A DNA stretch of 63,315 bases, filler included, from Squatina squatina (taxonomy: Eukaryota): the NCBI GenBank assembly GCA_031763465.1. It is 3 parts of 3 records of this genome, joined end to end, with 100 filler letters (N's around TTAATTAATTAA, not from the genome) between each part and the next. Parts side by side here need not be neighbours in the genome. Positions count along the whole stretch, not along the records: positions 25,035 to 48,378 come from JARFOE010000189.1; 2 more parts are not named here. One strand, 5' to 3'. Position 1 is the first letter of the stretch, and each line of letters starts with the position of its first letter. Made by a program: the position numbers and the translations under genes. Shown piece by piece: positions 34,936 through 47,222 of this stretch. The notes beneath the pieces are model-generated. The model was not told the DNA's origin. It searched no databases and saw only the letters and a program-made list of their open reading frames with translations.

Positions 34936-37725
34936 CGAACCCGTGGGTCGCTGCTCGGAGACAAGGGCTAGCCCATCTCCATGTGGCTTGTGACTCCACA
35001 ACCCTGTCACTCGTGGCCAGCAGTCATATAACAGGCATGTTGCCACAAGGAACCTCAGCGAGCAGATCATCGGGGAGTTGAAGCAATGGTTCCGCTGCCC
35101 TCACCGCTCGGGGGGAGCCCTCTAGCCGGTGCGGGGGTTCATGGTGGTCTCCACGGTGGTCTCCATGAGGGCGCAGCCCTTTCCACCACGGGTTCCATGA
35201 CCACAAGAGGAGGAAGAGGAAGGGGAGGACGGAGGAGAGGGAGGAGGGGAAAAGGGGGAGTCAAGCAGCAAACCCCTGTTCCGGATGGGCTGTCCATGAG
35301 CGTCTCACTGGGCTCTGGTTCCAATGAATGAAAACCCAGATCCCCGTTGCTCAACACTTCCCCACCTTACCATCCCTCTGTCACGGAACATCACAGCATC
35401 CTCTTGGCCACAATGCTGAAATGAGAGCCACCACTAAACAAACATTTCAAACAATTTATAAATGAATCAATCCAATACTATATAACAAAGTAAACTAATC
35501 ACCATTGTGAATTACCATAGTGTCTGCCTTTCGTGTTCCTTTGCCTACTCTAGTGCGCCTATGCAGTGCTACCCCAGTGGCTGCAACATGGCTGGTGGAA
35601 GGCTGCTGATTTTCCGTGGGTGAGACTGCAATTTGCTTTGCAAGATGACCTCAAGTATCTCTGGGCCTGGAAGGCCCGGCTGTAAAGTGCACCACTTCTG
35701 CATGGGCGGCAGCAGTCTGGGCTGGCTGACTGACAGGCATCAGCAAGGGCACTGGTAGAGTGGCAGTGGTGGGAGTACGCTTGCTGCCATCCTGAGCGAG
35801 GACAGCAGGTTCCTGCTCCATGGAGCCACTGCCACTCCCCCAGGGACAGCACCTCAGCATTCCTAGCCATCTGTTGGAGCACAGATTGCTGGACTGCTGT
35901 GACACCCTGCAAGCCCCTTTCCACACTCAGAAACCCAGCCACAATGACAGCATCCAAGCTTGTGTGGCAGCAATCTGAGACTGTATGAGGGCAGTCTGAG
36001 CTTACGTGGTAGTAGTCTGAGCCTGCATGACAGAAGACTGAGCTTCTGCTGTAGTGCTCAGACATTGGGTTGATTCCGATTGTGCTGCAATGGAAACTGT
36101 GACATCTCCCATCACACCCAGCATCATGGTTGTGTCCACAAGTGCTTTAATGGAGTTGCCCATCACTTCCATCCTGGAAATCATAGGCACCAAGCTCTGC
36201 GCAAAGCCCCATGCAGTATTGGAGCAGGACTCCTCCATTCTCCTTGACAGCGACAAGAGACTCTCTGGCATGCCTGCCATTGCACCAAGCAATGTGATGC
36301 AATGCCTATCACCCTTCTTCTGAAGGCTGCTCCATCAAAGTTCTCATCTGAGTCCTGTGCAGCAGAACTCATGTGCGACCTCACCCTCTGGCAACTGCGC
36401 TACCCTTTCCACTTGGCCTGGTTGCAGCCCACTCGTGCCCGGTGGCTCACCACATACAGATCCAGCCTCTATACTACCCTCTAAATACATGTAGTGCCAT
36501 TTTCTGAGCTGGTGCCTGGGAGTGTCAGATCAAGTGACGGTGCCTCTTCTTCTCCATCACTCTCCTCCTCTACCTCTGGCTGAAGAGGTTGGGCTGCTGA
36601 CAGTTCTTGAGTATCTGAAAGGAGAAATGCACAATGGTCAGGTTGTGGTGAGGAGACAGGGTGAAAGCAAGATGTCAACGCATACTATATCAGCACTTTG
36701 TAAGTGAGAAGAGATTGTGGGATGAGGGGCAAATGGGATGTGAGAAGAAGGATGAGGTATGAGCATTCAGTCTTCATCAATGGTTTCAGCATCACCCTGC
36801 GCCACAGCCTCAGTGATGGCCCATCCAATTATCTCCAGTACAGTCTCCTCCATTGGGGTTAGGTTGTATAGGCATGCTAGCCCCCCGCCTGTTTGTTGCT
36901 GCTCTCTCCGACTGTGAGCGACCTTGGCCTGCAAGAAAAAGGGAAGTGTGTTAGTGAGTGTACTGCAATGTTTTTGGGTGATATACTGGTCTGGACTGAA
37001 TAGCTGACAGTGTGGGCAAGGTGTGAGATGTGGGTGTGAGGTTTGCAGCAGTGGTAAGTGTGTGAGGGTGAAACGAAGCTTTGACTGTGAGATATGAGTT
37101 GTGATTGTTAGAGACTGTTGGTATGTGGGTTGTGGTGTATTGAGCAGTGTGTGAAGCTCGTGGTGCAGTTGGTGGGAATGTGGTATTTTAAGATGCCTTC
37201 ACTCACCTTGACCACTTGAGTGAAGTCATTAAACTTCTTGCGGCACTGGATCCAGGTCCTGGGGGCAACACCGGTGGCACTGATGGCTTCATTATTTCCC
37301 CACACCGCCTTCTTATAGTGTGCTTGGAAGGCCTCCTGCCCCACTGTGGGTACAGGACCTGTCTCCTCCTGTACACCCCCTGCACCAAGGCCTCCAGTGC
37401 TGCCTCAGAGAACCGAGGTGCATGCTCTTTCCCCTGCTGAGACATATTTATTTGACTGACTCCAGCAAGAGGTCCTTCTGATTCAGGACACTTCCCCTTT
37501 AAGAAGTGCTGAACAGCCTGTGGGGACCTGTAAAACCAATCTACACAGGATAAAGGGTTGAACGCTGAGCCAACCAGCAGCCATTTAGCGCTGAGCTCAG
37601 TGCTCCAATCATTATAATGAGCAGACAGGACAAATTTTGCATGCTGCCTGCACTACTTTCAACAGGTACAGATCACATATCCTGATCCCGGCATCAGTTT
37701 CCCAGCTTAATCGAATTTTGCCCTC
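34936..37725 (-). mobile_element. Harbinger transposon right half: transposase remnant (+, 34936-35330) and three-exon Myb/SANT-like gene (-, 37445 to about 35560), within a CFAP46 intron
   Basis: Exon 1 MSQQGKEHAPRFSEAALEALV...RTWIQCRKKFNDFTQVVK|GTGAGT (37445-37207, one frameshift). Exon 2 CAG|AKVAHSRREQQQTGGG..LTPMEE (from 36928). Exon 3 starts at 36614. TIR-like AATTTTGCCC near 37714-37723. Confidence 0.85.
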
Positions 37726-37943
37726 AAAATATGAGAGCCCAAAGTCCACGTATTCAGCAAAATTTTGTGTTCAGAGAATTTTATTTTTTGATTACATCAA
37801 TTGAAGAATTTTCTGTTCATAGAAATCAGTACAACTGAAAAACGAGTAATCTACAGCATAATCCTCAATAACACTGTGCTGAGATATCCCTTCAAAGTCA
37901 CAGAAATTCTGTAACACTCTCTTTTGTCATTTACAGACTTTAC

Positions 37944-38050
37944 CTGGCTTCCATTGAAGTAATCATAAATTTAAGAACTGAAAGTCGATTAGGTCTCTCC
38001 TCTAAAGTAGTCTGGAATGCTGCAATGCCCTGTTTTAAGATGTTGCAAAC
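37944..38050 (-). CDS. CFAP46: Probable CFAP46 internal exon
   Basis: TAG|VCNILKQGIAAFQTTLEERPNRLSVLKFMITSMEA(R)|GTAAA; open frame with splice sites, between confident CFAP46 exons. Confidence 0.55.
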
Positions 38051-38499
38051 CTAGAAATATAGTAATGCAGATTCTTACATATGTCATCATTAAAAAAAAC
38101 TTATAAACAACAAAATAAAACACAATTTTAATATTAGTTTAGTACACCCTTAACCAACATTTCTACTTTTACTCTTGAGGTTCAATATCAGTGACAGGCT
38201 TAATAATAAACTTATCACATCTATCTTTTGTNNNNNNNNNNNNNNNNNNNNNNNNNNNNNNNNNNNNNNNNNNNNNNNNNNNNNNNNNNNNNNNNNNNNN
38301 NNNNNNNNNNNNNNNNNNNNNNNNNNNNNNNATTTTTTCATAGCCTTCAAGTATGATCTTAAATTCATAAATAAATATGGTTTCTAATTTCATTTATACA
38401 AAGCTGTTCTGATTATTGCCGTGCAACTACTTTTAAATAGTTTCAGAATTGTAAATTTCATAATGTACAGAAATTGAGCAGGATTCACGCAGCACTTAC

Positions 38500-38735
38500 C
38501 TGCCATATACACATAACATAAGCATATGCCATTAAACAGTGCTGCTGGCATGACGCACGTCCTGCAATTATCGCCATTATAGTTTGTACTATAACTAGTG
38601 TATCCAGTTGTCTTACATCCTGCAGGTCTGCTAAGGACAGGTTTGTGTCAATCCTTTGTACTCCAACCAATATCTGTTGTTTCATTGGAATGAAGTTTTC
38701 ATTTTCTGCCTGATTCTCCATTTCTAAATGGTCTT
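38500..38735 (-). CDS. CFAP46: CFAP46 internal exon
   Basis: LADLQDVRQLDTLVIVQTIMAII...CLMAYAYVMCIWQ|GTAAG; splice phase is compatible with the exon at 39654-39813. Confidence 0.85.
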
Positions 38736-38919
38736 CTGAACATCAAAAGAAACAAAAACATTACAATTAAAATGCCTATATCACTAAATTATCAAAGCTT
38801 ACATACCAAAAATATGATGGCTTTAAATGGACATAATAGGCTTAACATTAAAAAAAATCACATGATGTTGGTGAATTTCCTCTTGACACACTGGAATTGC
38901 AAATGTTTTCTTTTTTAGT

Positions 38920-39090
38920 GCACTCGCAGGGTGCCACTACTTTACACAGCATGCATTTGAGCACTGAGGTGATTACGGCAGATTTGAAAGGGAGGGGGAG
39001 AATACCATTGGAGGGGAAACTGTACAAAATATCAGTTAGCATGGGGGACAGGAAGGGAGGTTGGGTCGTGAGCAGTTTAGTAGGAATAGG
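38920..39090 (-). mobile_element. L2-clade LINE ORF2 fragment
   Basis: PIPTKLLTTQPPFLSPMLTDI...PLPFKSAVITSVLK; homologous to 63225-63315. Confidence 0.75.
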
Positions 39091-39653
39091 NNNNNNNNNN
39101 NNNNNNNNNNNNNNNNNNNNNNNNNNNNNNNNNNNNNNNNNNNNNNNNNNNNNNNNNNNNNNNNNNNNNNNNNNNNNNNNNNNNNNNNNNNNNNNNNNNN
39201 NNNNNNNNNNNNNNNNNNNNNNNNNNNNNNNNNNNNNNNNNNNNNNNNNNNNNNNNNNNNNNNNNNNNNNNNNNNNNNNNNNNNNNNNNNNNNNNNNNNN
39301 NNNNNNNNNNNNNNNNNNNNNNNNNNNNNNNNNNNNNNNNNNNNNNNNNNNNNNNNNNNNNNNNNNNNNNNNNNNNNNNNNNNNNNNNNNNNNNNNNNNN
39401 NNNNNNNNNNNNNNNNNNNNNNNNNNNNNNNNNNNNNNNNNNNNNNNNNNNNNNNNNNNNNNNNNNNNNNNNNNNNNNNNNNNNNNNNNNNNNNNNNNNN
39501 NNNNNNNNNNNNNNNNNNNNNNNNNNNNNNNNNNNNNNNNNNNNNNNNNNNNNNNNNNNNNNNNNNNNNNNNNNNNNNNNNNNNNNNNNNNNNNNNNNNN
39601 NNNNNNNNNNNNNNNNNNNNNNNNNNNNNNNNNNNNNNNNNNNNNNNNNNNAC

Positions 39654-39813
39654 CTTCTTCTTCCTTAACTTTCACCCAAAGTTTCATGCTCAGGAGTAAA
39701 TCCACAGCCCAGTCTAATGGGCAGAGAGCATCAGTTACAGAAAATCCAGCGCAATACAGCCATTCACCAAATTCAATCAGTTGGTCGATTTTCTGCCAAT
39801 TATTTTCTGGTTT
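39654..39813 (-). CDS. CFAP46: CFAP46 internal exon
   Basis: CAG|KPENNWQKIDQLIEFGEWLYCAGFSVTDALCPLDWAVDLLLSMK...|GT. Confidence 0.85.
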
Positions 39814-40888
39814 CTGAAAGATTATCATTCAAAAAAGTAAATAAATGCAACATTATGAGTACCCACAAAACAAATTCACATGAAAAGCTGCAGATCTCAA
39901 ATATGCCATTACTCACAGTGACCTGGACCTTATGTTGCTGGACTGGAGAATTAGAATGCTGGAGTAAGAGTGGGCTGGGATAAAGGAGAACTTGGCAGAG
40001 AGAAGCTAGGGTATGAGAGCAAGAGGGGATGTGCAGTGAGGAAGCACAAGTTGCTGCCTTGTAAGATTTCAAGGGATTGGGTTGGAAGGAATTGGGGTTA
40101 GAATCACAAGGAAGAACTGTGGTGCGAGATGCTTTCTGGGTGTGAGTGCAATGGTGTGGCACAATGCAAGAATTTGAATGAAATTGAAAATATAACACCT
40201 TTTGGGGCCTAATTGGCCTCCTTAAATCTCATGGAAAACAGCGCTAACATGGCGTTAAGGCCTTTGCGTCGCTAGCAGCACTACTGCTGTCATTTGCAGA
40301 ATTGGTGTTGTATTTTCAAGATCTCCAAAGAAGTTTGCGCCGCATTTCACTGGTGGCACGAGGAGCTGAGACATACGGTAATGGTGACGTCATCACCATG
40401 CGTAATACCGAGTGTGCGCTNNNNNNNNNNNNNNNNNNNNNNNNNNNNNNNNNNNNNNNNNNNNNNNNNNNNNNNNNNNNNNNNNNNNNNNNNNNNNNNN
40501 NNNNNNNNNNNNNNNNNNNNAGTACAAAGTGGACTCTACCAAGAAAGGAGTTATTGTTCTTCATTATTCCCCATCCTCCAGGGCATACCAACATTGGGTA
40601 GTTTTAGGAGGGGAGCATTTTACATAACAGGCATAACACCAGCTGTCAAAGCCAATCTTCTGAATTACACCTTTAGAATACTCTCAGCACTTATTTTCTA
40701 CCGTATGCAACAAATATCCAACAAGCCTTTATTAATCTAGTTGCATTTCTACAATTAATTATCATGCAATTTTCATATTACTTAAAACAAGATGTTTAAG
40801 AAATACATTTTGTGATGGTATTTCAAAATATATCGATATAACAGTTTTAACGGTATAACTTCTAAAAATAGCTAGTGAATTCCCATAC

Positions 40889-41105
40889 CTGCAAAGCTTC
40901 ATTTATGTGAGGAATACCTTCAGGATCAACAGACACAACATGTGAAATCGTTTTTTCAGTTTTCTTTGCAGTTTTCTTTTGCTTGTTCGAAGTTGGGGAA
41001 CCCTTTCCTGATTCAATTTTTTCAGTGTTAATTGGGCTGGGTATCCAAGGTTGAATCAAGCCCTGACATAGGCTGTTGCACAGCATAACTAAAAGAAAAG
41101 TTTCC
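40889..41105 (-). CDS. CFAP46: CFAP46 internal exon
   Basis: TAG|(G)ETFLLVMLCNSLCQGLIQPWIP...INEALQ|GTATG; its phase-2 start joins the exon at 41949-42161. Confidence 0.85.
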
Positions 41106-41948
41106 CTATAGTGCAGCAAAAATAGTTTTGGTTACGTAGTGTTCTAAGTTTTTCTACAGCAATATTCCAGGATTACAGTTATAAAGAAGCAATTTATGTA
41201 TGGTAGGGAGTCAGGTCAGGTGTTAAAACCTGCTACCGTAATGATAGTAGACAGTAATACTTGTGATTGGTCAACACCAAGTGTCAGGCGGCGGTCAAGC
41301 AACCTGGCCACTTCCTGAAAATGCCAACAGTTTTGAATTGATGTGCACCCGGAGATGGGTAGTGGAACCCTTGATGAACGAAATGCCATCATTCTTCATA
41401 CCCACACAAAACATCCTTATCCTCCAGCTACTACTTGGCACCACAGTGCTCCGTCCAAGACACACTGTAGGCATGTACAAACTGCTGCTTCCCATTCCAG
41501 CCATGGCACAGCAGTACACATTCAGTTACAGGGGATAGCATCTTTAAATAAACATAAAGGCCACTGGCATGAAAATCAGAGTTTCAGGGACACATACATT
41601 CATTTTTGAACTTACCATTCTTCAGCAGAAGGCGTTCAGATAATAATGCTGCCCAATTACCTGTAAAAAATTCTTCTGGCACTCCCATAGGGTTTAATTC
41701 TGTCTGCCACATTTAATGATGCTGATGACTTTAAGGCTCAGAATGCACCGAAACTTCCTCTTGTCTTCATAGCTGCGGCTCAAAATGCCCCCCAACTGCA
41801 TCCATGTAGCATCTCCTTTCGGCTCGAGACCAAATTTAGATGGTCGTGTTGATTCACACTTCTGGTGCATTCCGCGGGATTGCTCAGGACAGTGCTAGAA
41901 GAGGAAACCTGGCCTTGTATAATCCATCATTAGAAAAGTAAAACTTAC

Positions 41949-42161
41949 CCACAATGTCCTGTTTGCTTTAATTTATCAAGTACTGTCCAGAATGGTTCAA
42001 CAAGTTCCTCATATCTCCCAGCAACTAATAGGTGGTTGTTATAATTCCAGAGGTAGATTGCTGCATTACACACAATTAATGCGTCATCCAATTGCACGCC
42101 CAGCTTTGCAGCTTGCAGAAAGTTCTCGGTAGCATAACTAGACAGAGAATCTATCCAATTT
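41949..42161 (-). CDS. CFAP46: CFAP46 internal exon
   Basis: CAG|NWIDSLSSYATENFLQAAKLGVQLDDALIVCNAAIYLWNYNNHLLVAGRYEELV...TGHC(G)|GTAAG; not present in the ORF track. Confidence 0.88.
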
Positions 42162-42587
42162 CTGAAAATAAATACAATAAAACATGAGGGCTGAATTTTA
42201 CTTTTAATCCCCTATATCTGTATCAATCTGCATCGATAGGCATCGTGCATATTTTTGTACTGTTCCTGGCACCCTGAACCAATTTTGGTGTTATGAGTCA
42301 GAAGCCATTATCTTCATATACAAAGAGTAGATTTTACACTCCTTAGCATTGAATTTTCATAATCTTCCAGAAATCACCAAGTGAAAACCACCAACTAACC
42401 CAAAAGAATTATTCCCATACTNNNNNNNNNNTGATTTTATTACTGAACACTCCTTAGCACTGAATTTGTATCCTTTTCCAGAAATCAGCGAGTGGAAGCC
42501 ATGTGCTAATTAACTGATCCAATTAATTATTCTCAGATTTGGACAGAATTGATGTTACAAAATAAATAATATTAAGTTAAAAGAATG

Positions 42588-42875
42588 TGGGCGCCCAATT
42601 GCTATTCCAGTGCTAGCGCTAAATGGGCATAGAATGGGCATTAGGGGTCCAACGCCCATTTTCAGCGCTAAATTCTAAGATGCAAAATTGGTGTCAGTTG
42701 AACGCCAGCACTAAATGGGCCCTAATGCGGGTGTGCTGAAAACGTGGCGCTGGGCGTAAAATGGACTCTCTGTCATCAGAGGGCACAGCGCCTAAAATGG
42801 CCGCCCGATGCTGAATTGGGCTCCATTTCCATGGTGTTAAAGTGGCGGTGACAGCGTCCTTTTTTTGGGCATTAT
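42588..42875. mobile_element. GC-rich TIR element end (MITE family B)
   Basis: Homologous to 31942-32079; repeated GCGCTAAA/AAATGG motifs. Confidence 0.55.
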
Positions 42876-42975
42876 NNNNNNNNNNNNNNNNNNNNNNNNN
42901 NNNNNNNNNNNNNNNNNNNNNNNNNNNNNNNNNNNNNNNNNNNNNNNNNNNNNNNNNNNNNNNNNNNNNNNNNNN

Positions 42976-43523
42976 GGATGGGCAGCAGCAGCGCGCAGCC
43001 CCGCGGGACCTGTTGACCGGCTCACTGGGCAAACTCGTACCGTCCGCGCAACGGCGAGCGAACACAGCGAGCGACGTGCGTGCAGATCATTGGGCCTGAA
43101 ATGGGAAAGATGTGCCGGCTCCGCGGGGCAGGCTTGAATGATACGCTGCGGCGCGCCAGCTGCATGGAACCGGCCGGAGACTTTTAGGCGAATGTCATTT
43201 CTGTGGCCGTGCGGGAATCGCGTGACCTTCTCCCGAACCGAGTAACAAACACACAGAAAAACATCAGCGCCAACAATGTGAGCTGAACTGCAATTCCCCC
43301 CCAAGCCAACTGCCAGCACTTCTGAATCAACAGTTGGCAAGAAACAACATGCTGGCAACGAGAAGTCATTAGATGAGATCCGTCACTTTGGGAAGTTTGC
43401 AGACTGTCAGAGAGCGCGGCTGGACTGGTCACTGACCTGTGGCTCTCGGGAACATTGGGAAATGAGCGGTTCAGCAGACGTCAGACTCGGAATAAAGCAG
43501 TCAATCCGAAGGGTTGCTTCACG
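42976..43523 (+). promoter_or_regulatory. CpG-rich promoter/5'UTR of the ADGRA gene
   Basis: CpG-dense region contiguous with the ATG at 43524. Confidence 0.55.
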
Positions 43524-43741
43524 ATGAAACTCTTGCATTTGGTGCATTTAGTCGCCGGATTATTCGGAATGGTAGCCGGGAACAGAAGCTGCCCTGACTT
43601 GATCATCGACAGTTGCAGCTGCACCAGCGAGCGCTCGAAGGGACCCAGCAGGCAAGTCATCCGAATAAAAGTGGCCTGCAGTCACGGAGAGTTGTTAGAA
43701 ACTTTGCAATCCAGCCTCCTGCCTAACAAAACAGTAACGCT
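43524..43741 (+). CDS. ADGRA1: Adhesion GPCR subfamily A, exon 1 (signal peptide plus LRRNT); ADGRA1 by position
   Basis: MKLLHLVHLVAGLFGMVAG (signal peptide), then SCP..CSC...KVACS..EL...LPNKTVT(L)|GTAAGT, resembling ADGRA2/3 exon 1. Order and strand NKX6-2(-), CFAP46(-), this gene(+) match the ADGRA1 locus. Confidence 0.75.
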
Positions 43742-44212
43742 GTAAGTACCTGAATTACCTTTCTGTATGAGCATTGCAGCGACGCGGATGCCGTTTATAT
43801 CCTAAAGACCGAGAAAATGCAATCAGGAACTCGATGATAACTGCATTAACTTAACCGCAGGCTGCAATTGCAAATCTTCACTGCCCAGTCGGTCCGAGGT
43901 GCAATTTGTCAATTGGGACTTATACCACTACTTGAACCTCTTTGGCTGTCAGCAAGGACCTCACATTGGAATAGAAAGTGGCAAAGCTATTCTATAAAAG
44001 TGGTATGTTGTCGATGTAAGATTAGCGATTATTTAAACTGCATGAGACTGCAATCTCTCTGTCAAGAAATGCATTGCGCAAATTATCCTGGTCATGTTTT
44101 CCGATGGACATACTTCTTCCCAATGTTTTCCATTGGGTTTTCCCCCCTCAGTATATGCACAAGAGTGCCCATTCACCAAGACAAAATTAATGCAGTTCTC
44201 TCAATACTTTTT

Positions 44213-44473
44213 GGGGTCAAAATTGGCTATGGCCCTGGTTGGGGGCAGTACCCTCTCCGGGGCAGGACATTCTGTGCCCAACGCAGAAGTCCCACCCCGG
44301 AATCGAAATTAAGATTACCGTCCTTCACAGGAAGTGGAACGCAATGTTGCACGCTCCATTTCCTCTCGGGGTGGGATCGGGGCCGCTACCCGGACACATC
44401 GCAGAGTGCTACGTGGCCTTTCTGCATAGCGCTGACGCTTTTCAACTTTCCGTTAAAGGGGAGGGATGCTGCG
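44213..44473. mobile_element. GC-rich TIR element end (MITE family C)
   Basis: Starts GGGGTCAAAATTGGC; contains GGAAGTGGAACG..CGCTCCATTTCC as at 34070-34104. Confidence 0.5.
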
Positions 44474-46924
44474 NNNNNNNNNNNNNNNNNNNNNNNNNNN
44501 NNNNNNNNNNNNNNNNNNNNNNNNNNNNNNNNNNNNNNNNNNNNNNNNNNNNNNNNNNNNNNNNNNNNNNNNNTGCAAAGGCAAAGAAAGAGACAGCTGT
44601 GAAGGCTTTCACTGAGCTAAAAAGGTTAGAAATGTTAGATAAGACGTTTAGAAACCAACTTGCTTAAGTCAATTAATCAAAGTGGGGCAGCGTGGCATGG
44701 CCTTTACTTTTGTATTATTACACAAAGATAAGTTGTATGGAATAATTAAATGAGTCTGATCATAATGACTGATTTGCTCACCTTACTGTAAAATAAAGCA
44801 GGTTGATGCTTTGTAAATATCCTTGTCGCACCAAGCATTTGCTCAGTCCACCCTCTACAAGTTTGAAGAAGTACAAATGCAAAAGCCACACATTTCCAGT
44901 TCAGCTCACAAGGAGACACTTGTCACACCCCTGGGTTAAACTATCATATTGTTAGATATTGGGCTGCTCAAAACACCCTAAAACATCAAATGGACAGACC
45001 ATTTACATGAGTGACTGGTACCGCTGTACTAGAGAGAATATAGGAACATAAGTAGACCATTCAATTAAAATATCTAAGCCAATTCCTAAATGTATAACAC
45101 TGTATTTGAAAGAAATTAATGTGCTTTGAGATGTTTCTGAGAAATTATGCATTTAATGAGAGTCTTTTTTCTTCTCTCTGTAACTAGGTGGCTAGAAATG
45201 GGCAGTTCTATCCCTCGCTGTCATACATAGGAGAGCATGAAGACACTATTTGACTTTCAAGCATTTTTCCATCTGCTGGATGCCCAAATTCCACCCAATG
45301 AGGGTGATCTGCAAAGGTATTATGTGTGGCATCTGCTGGAAGCCCAAACTGCAAAACCAAGCAGCAAATGGGTATAACAATAACTGACAGCCTGAATATA
45401 GAGTTCCAATTGTTTATATACGGATTCTAGAACTAATTATTTTGGAATGGCTGCAGGAAAAGCACATTCACCCTGAAATGTATTTTTGTTTTCTAATAAT
45501 TTTTAGGTCTGCTGCACATTTTGTTATCTTACATTTTTCCTTCCGTGTACTTCCGTTGATTCAGGAACCATTATTTCCTGCAAACTGAATTTTAGATATT
45601 CTCTCAGGAAATAAGATCATTGTATCTTCAGAATAGCCCCCCAGTTGTGAATTTTGTGGNNNNNNNNNNNNNNNNNNNNNNNNNNNNNNNNNNNNNNNNN
45701 NNNNNNNNNNNNNNNNNNNNNNNNNNNNNNNNNNNNNNNNNNNNNNNNNNNNNNNNNNNCAGTGTTATTATATTTTAGTAGTAATAGTGATATTTGTATT
45801 TTTTATTGTTAAAAGGTAAAAATGTGTTAATTTACTTTATTTTCCTTACTTGTAGCTTCCATACAATTTCATAACCGACTCCAAATAATGTAAATGTTTC
45901 ATGAGTTTAAAACCTTTTTACCTTCAACATAGGGCAATCTGTCATAGCATTGCTTTTGGATTAATTGGTAATATGTTTAATTGAAGGAAAGGTGCATTTG
46001 AAAGCATTTGCAATTTGAGCATAAGAACACTGCCAAGCGAACAATTCTGAATTTAATCTTACATTCACAAATCTTTGCTGAGAAAAATTGCATTAAATTA
46101 AAAGGACATTAACTACTGCTTTATGAATATTGTAATTATGTGGATAAAAGCACAAGTTCATAATACTTTGAGTAATAAGAATAGCAAAGTGCCTGCAATT
46201 AGAGAAAATGTACCGGATACAAGTACAAGAGAGATCCAGATGACTAGTTAGAAGAATAATAGCAATTTATTATTTAAAAGTGGGGATCATCTTCAGTGAA
46301 TTAAAAATAGACACAAAAAAATCATCATGCAGTACAAATAATGGGGCCGAAATTGGCAGTCGCCACGTTTGAAACGGTGCAGCACTGTTTAGAGCCCAAA
46401 CAGCGCCTGGCATCAATAGTGTCATCGGGTTACGAAATTGGGTAACGTTTTAATTCTGTCCAGGCATGGTGCAGGGGCGCTCTCTTGATTGCTCACAGCT
46501 CTATCAGGTGACCCAGATCGTTNNNNNNNNNNNNNNNNNNNNNNNNNNNNNNNNNNNNNNNNNNNNNNNNNNNNNNNNNNNNNNNNNNNNNNNNNNNNNN
46601 NNNNNNNNNNNNNNNNNNNNNNATTAGTTCTTGTTCCCACATCTGATTGAACCAAATCAATCCAAACTGGAGTTGATTTCTTCATTATTATGAAGTACAG
46701 TTAAATATAATAGAGTTTCTAATATATAACCATGTGAAACTTTATGTGCTATTAAATGCAACCCAATGTGCATTTAATAGATTTTAGGTCTATAAATCTG
46801 TTACATTTTAGTAAAAGTTCAATTTAGCCATTTTATGGTGACATAAAAAGCAATTTTCAGTGCATCAGCTCATTTATCATTCTGCATTAATATGTTAACT
46901 ATATTTTCTACTGACTTTTCACAG

Positions 46925-46996
46925 AATTCTGAGCAACAACAAGATCTCACTGTTGAAGAATGGCTCTTTCTTTGGCCTACGCTCTCTGGAGAGACT
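46925..46996 (+). CDS. ADGRA1: ADGRA exon 2, one leucine-rich repeat
   Basis: CAG|ILSNNKISLLKNGSFFGLRSLER(L)|GTGAGT; a 72-nt phase-2/2 LRR exon in frame with exon 1; close to the recalled ADGRA3 ILSNNKISELKNGSFSGL. Confidence 0.8.
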
Positions 46997-47222
46997 GTGA
47001 GTAACTGATCACTATACCTTGTTCAGTTACACTTGTATGTAGCATTTTTTTTAAACTGCCTAATGATTGATAGGCAATCAAAATGAAGGCATTTTAAAAA
47101 TGTTATTTTTCTTTGTGTGCGANNNNNNNNNNNNNNNNNNNNNNNNNNNNNNNNNNNNNNNNNNNNNNNNNNNNNNNNNNNNNNNNNNNNNNNNNNNNNN
47201 NNNNNNNNNNNNNNNNNNNNNN

